A stretch of DNA of 64,000 nucleotides, from assembly GCA_028023455.1 (NCBI GenBank), contig JAQFVV010000007.1, positions 10,168,001 to 10,232,000 on the forward strand. The letters are read 5' to 3'. Position 1 is the stretch's first letter. The number at the start of each line of letters is the position of its first letter. The position numbers and the translations under genes were made by a program. The notes beneath the pieces were generated by a model. It was not told where the DNA came from. It saw only the letters and a program-made list of their open reading frames with translations, and ran no database searches. Below are positions 1 to 13,299 of the stretch, in pieces. The stretch is from Epiperipatus broadwayi. Lineage: Eukaryota; Animalia; Onychophora.

Positions 1-157
1 TAGAAAGTAGTTTTAGGTAATTTAGTTACAATGGTCTGACTCTGTTTAATTTTTTTGTTCTCCACTATTTAATAGATGTTGACAAATATATCTTTTTAGA
101 CATTCAAAATATTTAAGACTTTGGTTATTGTATTATGTATACTTATATTTATTATTA

Positions 158-385
158 TAATTATAGGGGATTTGAACACAGACTTTTAAGCTCCCTTCAG
201 CTATACACTCTATCTCATACCATCAATACACATGATCACATGCATGTGAAAAAGATAAATGATCACCAATATACATGATCATTTATCTTTTTAACATGCG
301 TGTGGTCATATGTATCAATTATATAACATAGAATGGATAGCTGAAGGAAGTTTGAAAGTCTGTGTTCGAATTCTCTATAATTACA
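158..385. mobile_element. Family A inverted-dimer element, short form lacking the hammerhead
   Basis: Left arm TAGGGGATTTGAACACAGACTTTTAAGC... is the reverse complement of right arm ...GTTTGAAAGTCTGTGTTCGAATTCTCTATA. Same sequence family as 1133-1510, 34889-35314 and 52950-53140. Confidence 0.8.
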
Positions 386-1132
386 ATTAAACTCCAGATA
401 TATGAAGTATGCCTGTATTTCAAATATTATTATTGTTGTTTTAATATTTGTATGTATTGTATTTGATTAATGTGTAAATAGATTTTTTATTTTATTTTGG
501 TATATATGTAATCAATTTTTATATTTTCTATATCATTTATTCATTGTATTAATATTTGCAGGTTTTTCTTTATATGATTTTTTCTTCTTATATTTATTGT
601 ATATACTTCTTCTTCTCCTTCTTCTTTTCCTCATTATTATTATTATTTTGTAATTAACTCCTTACACAAGTTCAGCTTGTTTAGAGTTATTCCTTTATAT
701 ATATGTATAGTTTGTGTAACAAATTAATAATAATAATTATATAATAAATATAATAAATGAAAGACATAATCTGACCAATTTAATTATTAATCTTTATTAT
801 TCTTAAATAATAATTACTCATGCATTAGTCAGGTTTGATATTTTATAATATAGGGCAACTCATTTAAATCCTGACAAAAGTTCAATAATTAAAAATTGTG
901 ATTATAATTTGTTATTAAAATAATAATATTACAAAAAAGCTCTGATATTTATTTTAGTACTTAAGAATTTGTATTAGTTTTTGTTATGCAACACAATTTA
1001 CTAAAATCAAATTGAAATTCTTGAATTATAACAATGTGAATTCACTGTCTCATACCTTATTATAACAATAATTGATGTACCCAATAAGCATAACATTTGA
1101 AATACAGGCACTCTTCACATACCTGGAGCTTA

Positions 1133-1510
1133 ATTGTAAATATAGGGAATTTGAACTCAGACTTTCAAGCACCTTTCAACTATCCACACCATCTCATACA
1201 CCTGATACACATGTAGAAAATATAAATAATCACCAATATATATATATATTTCATGATAAACCAGCACCCATCAGTTGATCTAGATTATCATCTCTCTCAC
1301 ATATATATAACTGAGCACTGATTATATATATAGGTGTGGGAGATGATAATCTGGACCAACTGATGAGTGCTGGTTTATCATGAAATATATATATTGGTAA
1401 TTATTTATCTTTTCTACATGTGTGTGGTCATAGATATCAGTTGTATCAGATAGTGTGGATAGTTAAAGGGTACTTGAAAGTCTGAGTTCAAATCTCCTAT
1501 ATTTCAATAA
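1133..1510. mobile_element. Family A head-to-head inverted dimer with two degenerate hammerheads
   Basis: Near-perfect palindrome of about 380 bp. Plus arm reads ACCAA-CTGATGA(1360)-GTGCTGGTTTATCAT-GAAA-TATATA-TA-TTGGT; the minus arm has CTGATGG. Both outer ends carry a B-box-like GAGTTCAAAT. Confidence 0.85.
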
Positions 1511-2475
1511 GCATAAGTAATTTAATTGAGAAAAATCTTGATACATTTTTCACCATTATTATTTTTTTCATATTGTCACTCCTTCTACCATATTATAAAA
1601 TACATACACTTGAATACACCAGTATTAATTAGCATCAATTTATTCATTTCTAAAGCCTATCACTAAATATAAGTTTCTAGATTATATATAGCATCATTCT
1701 TTGTATTGTCTATTTTCATCATCATGCCCTAAGGCAGATAATTTTACATACTGTACACAAGTTATTTTATTTTTATCTTCAACAATGTCTCAATAACTAA
1801 AAACAAAAATTTGCCAGGAATTTTTGATTTTGGAATTTTCTTTGAGTATTCTGAACTCTTTTTTATTATCAAATTCTATAATCTTAGAATGGTGCTAGTA
1901 ATTAAAGACTGACCACACTGTAACTGTTATGTTATGGCTTTTGAATGAACTATATCCCAATAGTTGCATTTTTGTAGTAAATAATTTATTAGTAGATGAT
2001 AGAACTTATCAGCAAAAAAATAAAGTTTATAGTTTAAGGATCAAAATGCAGAAATTAAATTGCATAAAATGGCAGCTCTTGTTCCCATGTTTTTGTTGAA
2101 TGCTTCTAAAAATACTTTTTCCATTTCAAGATTGTTTTAAATTATTTGAAAAATGTTTTTATTTAATTTTAAAATATATTTATTTTTATAATAGTATGAA
2201 CTTACATTATAGAAAAGATGAAAAAAAATGTTATGTTGGTTAATATTAAAAATAAGCTTTGTTTTTTTTTTAAATTTCTTTAAATAAATTTATAGCTTTT
2301 GCTATTTTTCATTTTTATAGTTATATTTAAAATAAAATTTAATAGTAATTTTACTTTGCCAAAAATGTTATTCATATTGGAAATCACTAATCAACATTGC
2401 TTTTTGGAAAAAGTGAGAAATCAAGAGGAACCTCATAGAAAACTGTATGAAATTTCTACTGACTCTTGCCTTTGG

Positions 2476-2750
2476 CATGATGGCTCAGTTGATTAGAGCA
2501 TTACCTTAAAATCCAATATTCAAGAGTCTGAGTGTCCAGGTTTGATTCTTATGCTAGTACTGTCAATGTTCAGGTCAGCAACCCCTGAAGAAGAGTGGAA
2601 AATAATACCTTTCAAAACATTGTGAATATATTAACCTGTGTACTATTATTAACAGTTAAATGTATTTGGAATATTTAAATAAAGTTAAATTTTTCTAAAA
2701 ACATTCAATACTTAATATTAAATGATGGAAATAGTTCAATATATGCATAC
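2476..2750 (+). mobile_element. Family E: tRNA-derived SINE with internal hammerhead-like motif
   Basis: A-box TGGCTCAGTTGATTAG and B-box-like GGTTTGATTC, then CTGAAGA(2585)-AGAGTGG..CCTTTC-AAAA-CA-TT-GTG. Homologous to 11405-11670 and 43385-43560. Confidence 0.75.
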
Positions 2751-2829
2751 AACTAAAATACAATGTTCACAAACCTTTCAGGGAAACAGTAAAAGATCTC
2801 TATTTCATAGTTATTTTAATTAAAAGGTT

Positions 2830-3420
2830 CTTGAGAAATGGCCATACTTATTGGGTGATACATTGGACCAATAATTGTGTTCATGATTTTGATTCAAATA
2901 AAACGAGGTTTTTAAAGAAATACATAATAAATGTCTATTGAAATATTAAAAATATATACAGTGAATTAATGAATAATGTTATTTCAGCTATATTGTATTT
3001 TTTCATCTAGGATATGTTTTTTCTATATTCTTTGGTTCTTGATGTTTTGAAATCTCACTATAAACTCCAAATTGTCTGCAGTCCCATCATTGAATCAATG
3101 TATCTATTATATAATGAAGCAGTTTAATTTTTCACAACAAAAATTTTAAGACACTGACATATCTTGATTATAAATTATGAAGTGAAATTTGACCATGTGT
3201 TTTATACCTTTGTTGATAATATTCAATGCTCTTCCTGTCATGACAAATTCTTACAAATCACTTATAAAAACATCTTTGTGATTCATAGTTTCATGCCATA
3301 TACTGTTTATATCACTTCAAATGCTTTCGTAACATTTTTTTCTGATTTAAAACAAAATTTAGGGTGGGTATACTTTTCCATTGTGGGTTAAGATACTGTC
3401 ATATTTCATTTTATGACTTG
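2830..3420 (-). mobile_element. Mariner transposase relic (N-terminal part recognisable)
   Basis: Minus frame KFCFKSEKNVTKAFEVI*TVYG followed by an F.DGR.SIE..-like stretch. Same family as the relics at 20385, 32985 and 57690. Confidence 0.55.
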
Positions 3421-4296
3421 TGATCCATACATGATAGCATTTTAAATTTTTTATAACAAATAATTAAAGTATGTCATTATGTACAAATGTATTGATTTAG
3501 ATATGGCCCTGTAGGCAACATGAAGAGAGATTAGATCACTTGTCATCTTTCTACTGATGCACATCATATAAATATATGAACATTTTTATTTAAATAAAAT
3601 ATTATATATATATATATTAATGTTAATTTCTAAATGATCATATGAATACTTTTTCTCCAGAATGATACCACTTCTTTGGTGTTTTAAGCTCCTTAATTTC
3701 ATTGTGTGATAGAGATAACCATTTTCTGATTTCCTTCCTTTTTTAATGCCAATTTTCCTAAGCATTATAATATATAATGAATTCTAGAAATTGATCTTAT
3801 GGTCAAAATAGTATTGATTTGCTTATATGATATATGTCAACATTGTATATATATATAAACACCCACACAGATCAAGATAAAATAGGTTTTAAATATTCCA
3901 CTACAGTAAAAAGATCTTTAAAAGCTTCCTATAGAGAAACAGTGAAGGAAAAGTCAGTACTTACCAGACTTTCTAATTGCTGCTAATGCAAGAATTTGAA
4001 TAGTTTCCTGAGTTGTTTTGCTATCTAGATAATAATAACCAGATATCCATTTACTGACCACAATTATTAATTGTATAATTAGCTATATTGGCCATGGGAC
4101 AGCTATGAAAATAAATCAAGCCTAATAAAAACATTTAATTGATTCAGGTTCAAACCTGAGTTATAGGCATGATAACTGGATAAATAGTCATTGTTTCATT
4201 AATAGTCTTTTTTTATTAGTTACATGTGATGTGATTGTTTTTGCTAATAATGCTTCAGAGTTTCAAGAAAAGGTAAATATTAAAAGTACTTAAATA

Positions 4297-4890
4297 ATGC
4301 CCAACAGAGTTTTTCAGAAGATGAAAATTAAGAATGATTACCATAATACCTTGGTTTACATTATTAATTTAAGTGGAAATATAATGGATGAAATTAATTA
4401 TAGAATTAAACTTGGAAGATGTGTTTTTGATACAAATAACTTAAAGAGAATATGTACCTATGTGCTTGAAAAAAAAAGATTTGTTTATAAGATGTGTTTT
4501 AGCAGCTCATATTCATGTTCTGAAGTTAGACCCTTAGCAGAAAATCAACATAGAGACTTCAGATCACTCAGTGAATTATTGGAGAAATGTATGTTGGTAG
4601 AAACAGAAGGAATAAAAAATAAAATAAGTGGATTAAAGAACAAACAGGTATCGCTGACATGATTGAAAGTATTAAGAGACTGAAATGGAGCTGGGCTACC
4701 AATGTTGCTAAAAGAGATAATAATACATGGATATTTGTTTTAAACTGGACCAAAATTATCAAGACCCACAAAAAACCCACTAACGTGATGGATGAATGAA
4801 ATAAGAAGGATTGTTGGTGTGATGTGGAGAAGGAAGGATGTGAATCAGAGAAACTGCCTTAAACTTGATGAGGATTTTGTCCTGCAATTT
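4297..4890 (+). mobile_element. RTE-clade LINE, decayed RT C-terminus and 3' end
   Basis: DEINYRIKLGR.., then across frameshifts EQTGIADMIESIKRLKWSWA.NVAKRD and W.DEIRRIVGVMWRR; matches the better-preserved copy at 22441-22776. Confidence 0.85.
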
Positions 4891-6094
4891 GAATATATAT
4901 ATATACTTTTGTTTTATGGCATAAAGCTATATTTTAGGTTCTAGTAATAGATAAAGTCATACAATTAGTTTATTTTTGGTCCAGTTAGTCAACTCTTAGA
5001 GATTTCCTGTTTTTGCATACTGTGTATAGAATTTTATATATCCAAAAATTAATTAAATCTGTATTGAAATTTATTATCTTTTTTTTTAACTTATGCATTT
5101 TTATATTATTATTTTTTATTTATTGATAACTACTGTTCGTGTTTCATAATTTAACTTTGTTCTTCATTTTACATCTATGAAGAAAATGTGTTAAATTGTT
5201 ATATTCAGATGAAAATTCTTTTCAGAGAGACATTGAATATCTGAGATGATAATTATTTTTTTGTTTAAGCCTTCGTTCTTTATAGAAAATTTTTTCTTCC
5301 GTTTATTTTTTATTTTAAATGTTTTTTATTCACATATTCAAGAAAATAGGTTCTTTAATAGCAGTCGGTCATCAAAGCTATTCATTGCTTTAGTGTTTAA
5401 GTAGAAATCTGACGGCAACGATTAATTTTTTAATTAAATATTTATGCAATAAAAATATAGTTTGTTTTTGCAAAATATGTGTCATATTTCAAATAGATCA
5501 TTTTTTGTTTTTTTTATGTTTAAAAAAACAAAACAAAGAAAAAAAATATTTATCTGTTCTTAAAGGTGATTTTGATTTTAATAACTATTTAATAGTGGAA
5601 ATATTAAAATACAGTAAATATGCAGACACACAGGGAAATTATCACACTGCTCAAAGATAACAAGCTTTATAGGTAATGGATAATGGAATGATCTTCAGAT
5701 ATGAGGGTCAGTATATGGAAAATATCTCTCTATCTAATAGGATAAAATGTTGGTTTATCAATGACTGGGTACTGTTCGTGACATAAACAATTTTTTCTGC
5801 CCCCCCCCTTTTCCTTCTTTGGTCCACTTAAATTAGTGCATGACCATTTGTTTGAGTTTTAGCTTCTCATGCCATTGGTGATTTCCCTAAACTAGTTCTG
5901 GCAATGGAATTGTACGTTTGTGCTACAATATTTTCACTATTTGTTTATGTGCACAGTGGTTCCAATTTTCTTTATTATTGCTATTTACATAGCCCCAAGC
6001 TCCTCAAGAATTAAGATAATGATGGAGGCAGGTTTAACAGGCCTTGATCTTTACTTGATGCAATGCAATCTCTAATGATTTGGCTTAAAAGAAT

Positions 6095-6375
6095 AGCACA
6101 CTCTCTAGACAGCAGTGTCACCTAGTGCAAGCTTTAGTAATCAATAGATTCTGGAAAGTTTATGCATAAAATCCTCATCTAGTGCCTACTTATGCAATAT
6201 TTCCAGACTAGTTTTTAACTTGTAACTTTTATCAGTAAGGAACTGTGGATCTAAGAGCATTGCATCTAGATCTAAGAATCCAATTCTTGCATTGGGTGGC
6301 ACTACTGTCTGGAGAGTTTGTTATTGCTAATAACAGCTTGGGTAAGCACAGTAAATGATGATCATGTGATGTTAT
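6095..6375. mobile_element. Family B hammerhead element, inverted arms, degenerate HHR on minus strand
   Basis: Shares CCAGACTAGTTT..TTATCAGT (minus reading CTGATAA..AAAACTAGTCTGG) and GGTGGCACTACTGT with 20946-21232 and 56999-57610. Confidence 0.7.
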
Positions 6376-6559
6376 TTGAGTTAAAACTGAATTTGAGGTA
6401 AGGAGTTTTAACTATCAAAATGATATATTTATGCAATCCTGTTAATAGATGTAGGTGTTTAAATTAGTTTAAAAATTGATCATGTTTCCCATAGTCTGAC
6501 TATATTGTTGTATCACATGGATTGTTCATTGAAGTGATTAAAATAATAATAATATTAAT

Positions 6560-7270
6560 AACAATGGCAAAGCAGAAAACAGATATAGTACCAAAAGTAA
6601 GAATTATAGAATTAATTTTTCTTAATACAGATAGATGGAATATACAAGTTCTTCAGAATTAGAACAGAGACTAGCACTGGGGGATAAGAAGCTGTCAAGA
6701 TTTAACATAGATACAGCAATTCTTAGTGAAATATGTTTTTTTTCCAGATGAAGAAGTTTAATAGAATAGACAGATAGCTACAATTTATTTTAGAAGGACA
6801 AATAAATAAGTGAAAGAAGAATGCATGGTGTTGAATTTATAACAAAGTCTAAGTTAATTTCTTTTCTCATATTACTGTGGTCTTCAAACTTGGCTTGCAT
6901 ATTGATATAATTTTATAGAGTATATGCTTCACTGCTAAGTTAGAAAAAAATTAAAGAAAATTTTCATTTCTTTTGGATCAAATTGTTTTCTTAGACTTTA
7001 ATGTACATTTAGATTCAAATAGTAGACCTTGGATAAAAGTTGTTGGAAATAATGATATTGGTGTTGTAAATTCAAATGATCTATTGTTACTGAATTTTTA
7101 AACAATGCATGAATTGACTATCACAAATATGCTCTTTAGGCAGAAAAATGCTATAAAGAAACCTGGATGCATTCATTCTCAAAATAATGGCATTTAATAA
7201 ATTACATTATAGTTAGTAGTCAGAACACAAGAGATGTTTATATTATGTGGTATTAAAATTAATTTTGGCA
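6560..7270 (+). mobile_element. RTE-type LINE apurinic endonuclease relic
   Basis: Fragmentary motifs DTAILSE, GVEF, NSNDLLLL, TWMHS..K.WHL.DYIIV across frameshifts. Confidence 0.75.
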
Positions 7271-7439
7271 TAGATGCATTACAGCTTCTTATTTTAATAT
7301 TTTGGAATAATATAGATTAATATGATACAATATTACATTGATAATTGTATTAAAATAGGTTTTATTCCAATCATATTCACAGGAAAATTGATACTAACTT
7401 TTTAGAAGTAAACATCACATGTATTAAAATTTAACAGCC

Positions 7440-8825
7440 ATTAAATACTAAAATTGTTTCTTTGAACCTTTGGGATTGTTGTATTATTGACACTTGGATT
7501 TTGTGTAAAAAAGGTATTGTGGGATACAAGCAAATGTATTCTAGGATTCAAAATAAAAAAAATCATGACTAGTTTTTTGACAATGATTTTATTATTAGTG
7601 ATATGATTAAAAGAAATCATGTGGCAGTGTTGCTTGGAAGAATATTGGGAATACATTTTCCCACCGCTAGATGGCTTTTGCAGGGATCTTCCTGCATTAG
7701 ATGAATGGGAGAAAAATTGATAAATGAAGCAAAGAAAAGAAAGGAATTGATAAAGAAATTAACACTGTTCTCATATAATAAATAGGATGTAGCTAGAATT
7801 GTATGGAAGGGAGTGGCAGTAGCAGGGTTAACTTATGATAATGATGCATTATGTGTTTGTAAAGGGGTATTTGATTATTGAGAAAAAATACAAAGAGAAG
7901 TAGGAAGACATGTATTAGAATTAGATGCAGATATGTGGATGGAAAAGGAGGCAATTCAAGGAGAAATGGGATGGCCAAGTTTTTATATGAAAGATGCAAA
8001 AAGCAAAATGAAAATGTTGGGTAGATTGCAATTTATGATTAATAAAAAGAATAGTCAAAATAATATTTAATTGGGTTATGAATAAAGCACAGGCAACAAG
8101 ATGGGTGAGAAAGGTAATGCGATATGCAGAATATTTGGATAAAGACTTTATGTCAGTATACTTATACAAAAAGTGGGATGATTGTGTTAGGAGAATTGTT
8201 GAGTGTTATAGTGTTAAGGAATGGGATAGAAGAATAGATTCATTAATAAAGAATAGGGAGTTGGAGAGATGGAGAACTATTATGGAGAGTAAAAAGAGTT
8301 TAAATATTTATAGAAGTAAACAGAATATTGGGTGTGAGTTAATTTATGATAATAGCAAGGAAAGTAGTTTACTGTTTAAGGCTTGAATGGGATCTTTAGC
8401 AATAAGGGAATATACACACAAATGGAAAAATATGGGTGATTTAGTCTGCAAGTTGTGTAAGGAAAGCATAGAAGATATTAGGCATTTGTTAATTGAATGT
8501 AAATGCCTGAAAGCAGAAAGGATACAAATAATGAAGTTGTGGAAGAATAAATATAAACAAAGTGATTATACAGAAAGTGGCTTATTGGATTTATGTTGGG
8601 TTTGGGAAAAGACAAGGGGAATTTAATATAAAGGCCACAGAGTTGACAAAGATTATGTTGTGGAAATGGTATGGAGCAGAATAGAAAAGAATATGGAAAA
8701 ACTTAGGATAGGGAATGGAAAGGAAAGTCAAAGTGGTTAACAGGTTTCTCTGGGCAGTTGCTGAGAGATTCCTGACTCTGTATAAAGAGAAGTCACAGTG
8801 CATCATATCACATCACATCTGGACT
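7440..8825 (+). mobile_element. Non-LTR retrotransposon 3' portion: RT C-terminus, CCHC knuckle, 3' UTR with (CATCA)n tail
   Basis: AIQGEMGWPSF, then CKLCKESIEDIRHLLIEC (ORF 8387-8626). The 3' UTR and CATCA tail are repeated at 21230-21481. Confidence 0.8.
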
Positions 8826-8849
8826 GTCAACTATTGCCTTTGACTGAAG

Positions 8850-9760
8850 TTGCAGTCTCACATGGTAGATGTTTTTGTTAAGTGCATTGTGTTTATTTGT
8901 TGATTCTTGTTATGATTGAAAAGTTGGAATAACATGAAATTGTATTTTTTGGTAGAAAAGATGATAGGATCACAGTTATAATGCTTGAAACAGCTTATAT
9001 GCAAGCAGCTCTATGGAAAACAGAACGTTATGAGTGGTTTATTGGAAATGTCAAATTATCCATGTTCCACAAAAGCATGGCAATTGAAGACCAATGTCAA
9101 GACAGTGCTGATTTTTTTGACATAAATGGTATTGTTTACTCAGAATTTGTTTGTAATGCTCATGCATTTTATCTAGAAGTTCTAAAATGTTTGCATGATA
9201 TGGTAAATTGAAAATGTTCCAATTTTTGGCAATATGGGGAGTGCAAACTTTACCACTACAACATATCAGCATGCAATGCCTTTGAGGGTGAAACAATTTT
9301 TTATTAAAAACAACATGATCCAGCTTATTCATCAGGTACCTTCACTACTCTTTCTTATTGCATTGCCAAATGTATACCATATGATAGTAAATCATCCATG
9401 CACTTTACTACTGTTACACAATGCTTTATTTACCACCCTCTTTTATAGTTTACAGTTACAATTGCTCCAGCAATCTTCTTCAGAACTTTTATAAAGTGCA
9501 TGGTTGATTTAGTATTACATGTTCGCTCACCTGATCTCATTCTATACAACTTCTTTTTATTTCACTAAATGAAATATGCTTGAAAAGAAAAAATGTTTGT
9601 GGTTTTGGGAGTGGTGAAGAAAAAATGATGGAGGCATTAAAAGGAGTCATTTTTCAAAAGGTTCAGATCTACTTCAAAAAGTGAAAAACATATTTAGACC
9701 AGTGCATTGCCTCAAATGGTCAGTGAAAGATACTCTATTTGTAAAATCTAAAAATAAATA
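8850..9760 (+). mobile_element. Internally deleted mariner transposase relic with an insertion at about 9330-9495
   Basis: MLETAY..AALWKTERYEWF, FFDINGIVYSEFV, FYLEVLKCL, an SPDL..YNFFLF-like motif and a C-terminal FKK.K...QCIASNG. Confidence 0.8.
9330..9495 (-). mobile_element. Insert carrying a degenerate hammerhead (family G)
   Basis: Minus strand CTGAAGA-A-GATTGC-TGGA-GCAATT-GTAA-CTG-TA: stem II nearly intact, GAAA mutated to GTAA. It interrupts the mariner relic. Confidence 0.5.
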
Positions 9761-10129
9761 TATAATTATTTATTATAAAATTCTACTTTTATAGGTAACC
9801 CTTATAATAAATTAAATGTGGAGTTTCATAATAAATATGAAAATTAAGGTCAAGGCTTAAAAATGATTGATGGATTGAAACTATGAAAAATAGTTTCAGA
9901 TATTTGTTGATCATGGTCACCTTCAATCTTTTTTGATGCTTTGAAACAATATGCAGACTTGAAAAATGATATCCAGTGGTATTAAATCCAGCAATGGCCC
10001 TTTTTTATATGTTGGTGATATTTGTATGGGTAGAAAGAATATTTTGATCATCTCTTGAATAGCAATACAAGAATGACAACTTTTAATGATATATCCATTT
10101 TACATATTCATTTAATTTTGAACAGAGAT

Positions 10130-11210
10130 ATCTAACTTGTCAAAGTCAGAACAGTTCTTCGTAATCTTAAAAGGGAAAAGCTGCAAGTTCTGGTGAAATA
10201 TCTGGGAAAGTTTAAAATATGGCAGTGATATGTTAGCTTCAAAAAATATTGAAATATTTTAGCAATATACATCCATTAAATAGTGCTATCTAATCTTAAG
10301 ACAGTTTCTATTGTTCCAATTTTTAAAAATAAAGGGAATGGATAAGATTGCATTAATTATCACGGAATATCATTATTCACTACAGCAAAATATTTTCAAG
10401 GATTTTGTTGGACAGGTGGCTTGCAGTCATAGTCAAATGGTTACAAAAAGCCAAGCATGAGAAGCATTGAGAACAAAAGAATAATTTATATATTGCTTGA
10501 TCAAAGCATTTGACTCAGTTAATCAAACAGGTCTATGGCATTGTTTAAAATTAATTGGATATCCAATAAAGTTTAGTCATATTATATCTTCTGAAGATGG
10601 AATGAAAGCAAGTATTATTGAAGCTTTAAAATCTGAACCATTTGAAATGAAATCTGACGTTAAACAAAGATGTGTATTTTGTTCAACATTGTTTTGATTT
10701 TTTATAAAAGTGTTCTTTGAAAATCTTTAGAGGCATTTGAATGAAAGAAGGTTCAAAATGGGATACAATTTGATGGTGGATTTTTTTAAAATTAAAAGCA
10801 AAAACTCCATTTTCTCAAATCATGAGTTTACAGTAAGCTAAAGATCCTATCAATTCAAAACTTAATTTACAGAATATACTTTATATTTTGAAGGAAACTT
10901 AAAGATTTTGGTTTAATAATTAATGATCAAAATTTCAATTCTTTATCAGTCAGGGATGGAAGAAAAAATTTGCAACTTTTTAGGATTGAGAATATAAAGC
11001 AATTTAAATATCTTGGTAGTTCAGTATGTTGCTGTTGCTTTTAACAAGTTAAAAGATAGGGCATTCCATGTATGAAAACAATTACTGCAATTGAATTATC
11101 TGTATATAAAGCTGTTATTTTGCATAATTTATTGCAGGACACTCTGCTAATGCATTGTAATGATATTAGACAAGTTTCATTTAATGATGCCCTGTAAACG
11201 TTTAAATTTA
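10130..11210 (+). mobile_element. RTE-clade LINE reverse transcriptase relic
   Basis: IVPIFKNKGNG..C.NYHGIS, KAFDSVNQTGLW..LKLIGYP.KF, SEPF..KSDVKQRCV, FKYLGS. Confidence 0.85.
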
Positions 11211-11256
11211 CATTCTAAAACTGGACAACTTGCTGGATATGATATAGATTTCACTA

Positions 11257-11398
11257 TAAGAGTACCAAATTCTTCACATGATAGTGCCACCTAGTGCTAG
11301 CCTTTGTAATCAATGTATGCAGGAAGGTTTGTGCAACCATTGATTACAAAGGTTTGCACTTGGTGGCAATACTGTATGAAGAGTTTGGTACTCTTATT
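11257..11398. repeat. Family B short hairpin without hammerhead
   Basis: ATAAGAGTACCAAA...TTTGGTACTCTTAT palindrome built from the family B 3' segment. Confidence 0.8.
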
Positions 11399-11404
11399 GA
11401 CTGC

Positions 11405-11670
11405 TGAGGATGGCTCAGCTAGTTAGAGCATTACCTTAAAATTCAATAATCAGGTCCAGGTGTGAATCTCATGCTAGTACTGCCACTGGTCAGGCCTGCA
11501 ACACCTGAAGAAGAGGGGAGAATAATACCTCTCAAAATGTTGTGCATATACTAACCAGTTTGATGTGCTATTACCAACAGTTGAATGTATTTGGAATATT
11601 TAAATAAAGTTAAATTTTTCTAAAGACATTCAATACTCATATTAGATGATGGAAATAGTCCCATATAAAA
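11405..11670 (+). mobile_element. Family E: tRNA-derived SINE with hammerhead
   Basis: TGGCTCAGCTAGTTAGAGC head, then CAC-CTGAAGA(11505)-A-GAGGGG-AGAATAATA-CCTCTC-AAAA-TG-TT-GTG. AAAA is interpretable as GAAA after CpG decay. Confidence 0.8.
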
Positions 11671-12669
11671 GTGCAAATGAATGTTACTGGTTTATTAATA
11701 TATTAGTCATTCATTAGACTAAAGATTATCCAATAATGAATAATACAGAAGTATTAGTTACTGGTTTATGTTCTATTTTGTGGAAACTAATTTTCTCAGG
11801 AAAACTTGGTCATGGATTTTTAGTTTTTAGAATACATGTGTTTACACTATGTTTAAGAATGATTTACATTCTTGAAACTATAGTGCTTTCAAGAAACAAT
11901 GAAAATAATGCAATTGGCATATGTTCCATTGGGAAGAAACTAATTTTGGCAGGATCAAATTTAGTGCTATATTATTAATTGCCAAATTATTAGTACTATT
12001 TTCAAGAATGCTTTAATGCATTGAGATCAACACACATTATTTTAAACTAAAACATTTTAAAATGTGTTCAGTAGTACTAAAATTATTTCTCAGTTTATGC
12101 CAATTAATTAATTATTTTAAAGTTAAACTTTTTCATATATATTGAACATCACAATTCTTTATATATACTATAACATGTACTATGTGGAAGTGTGATTGCA
12201 ATGCATATATGTTCTACTTCCACATAAAATAAAAGATAATATCATACTATTTTTATACTTTAATAAGATATAAAATTTGAATAACTAAATTTTGCAGGGT
12301 GTTTCAGTAGTTCTACTCTTAATAAATTTTAAGTAAATATTTTTTAATATAATGTTTCTTACTAAAAGAACTAATTAAGTATAATTTGATTTGTGTTTAA
12401 ACTAAGGCTAGCAATTTTAAATATAATGTTGATTAATAATGATTTATCTCAAGATTATGAATCAATTATAATCTATATATATATTATCCATGTGAATGTA
12501 TGTTTGTCCATAAGACTGTCACATGTCAAATTCACAAACAATTAAAAAATACTACTATGTTTGTCTGTAATGCTGTCAAATTCATAATTGGAAAATTGAA
12601 AAAAAAACAATTTTAAAATTGTTTTTATAAATAAATAACTATATCTAACTAACCATAATGTATATTATG

Positions 12670-12885
12670 AGCATTTTATGCAAAAAAAAAGTAATTCCAT
12701 TTTTTATATTTAATAATCTGTAATTTTTATGACGAAGCATATTTTATGCAAAGGAAGTAATTCTACCATTAATAGCCATTTTTTTTTTTTTTTTTACAAA
12801 GCATTTTATACAAAGGAAATAATTGTTTTCTTATATTTAAGAAGCTTACATTGATTACAAGCATTTTATTCAAAGTAATTCCACA
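12670..12885. repeat. Minisatellite, about four copies of a unit of about 62 bp
   Basis: AGCATTTTAT(G/A/T)CAAA..GTAATT recurs near 12672, 12737, 12800 and 12860. Confidence 0.65.
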
Positions 12886-13299
12886 AAGCAAAAAAATAAA
12901 AAAATTGTTAAGGCAACCAATTAAAAAAAACTATTACAAAAAGTATGGCCTTTCAAGCTGGGTACATTTCTCACATTTATTTGTATAATATTACAAATTT
13001 TTTAAAAAATTTACATGAAATATTTAAAAAAAATTGTTAATGTAACCCATTAAAAAATTATGGCATTTCCATAGCCAAGGTACATTTGAACCATTTACAT
13101 AATATAAGAAAAATAAGTTCAAGGATGTAACATTTCTTTATTAACTTTGTATATGATAAATGTAAAAGGCAATTTTATAAACATTATCTTATATCTTTGT
13201 GCTTCAGATAGCAACAATAACAATAATGATGTATTCATTCCAAATGATTTACATGCAATCTCATATCTTAAAATATGACCTTTATTTCATAAAATTGCT

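Noticed and set aside
12670-13100. CRISPR-like array
   Set aside because: Units are degenerate minisatellites without invariant repeats or unique spacers, and the context is eukaryotic.
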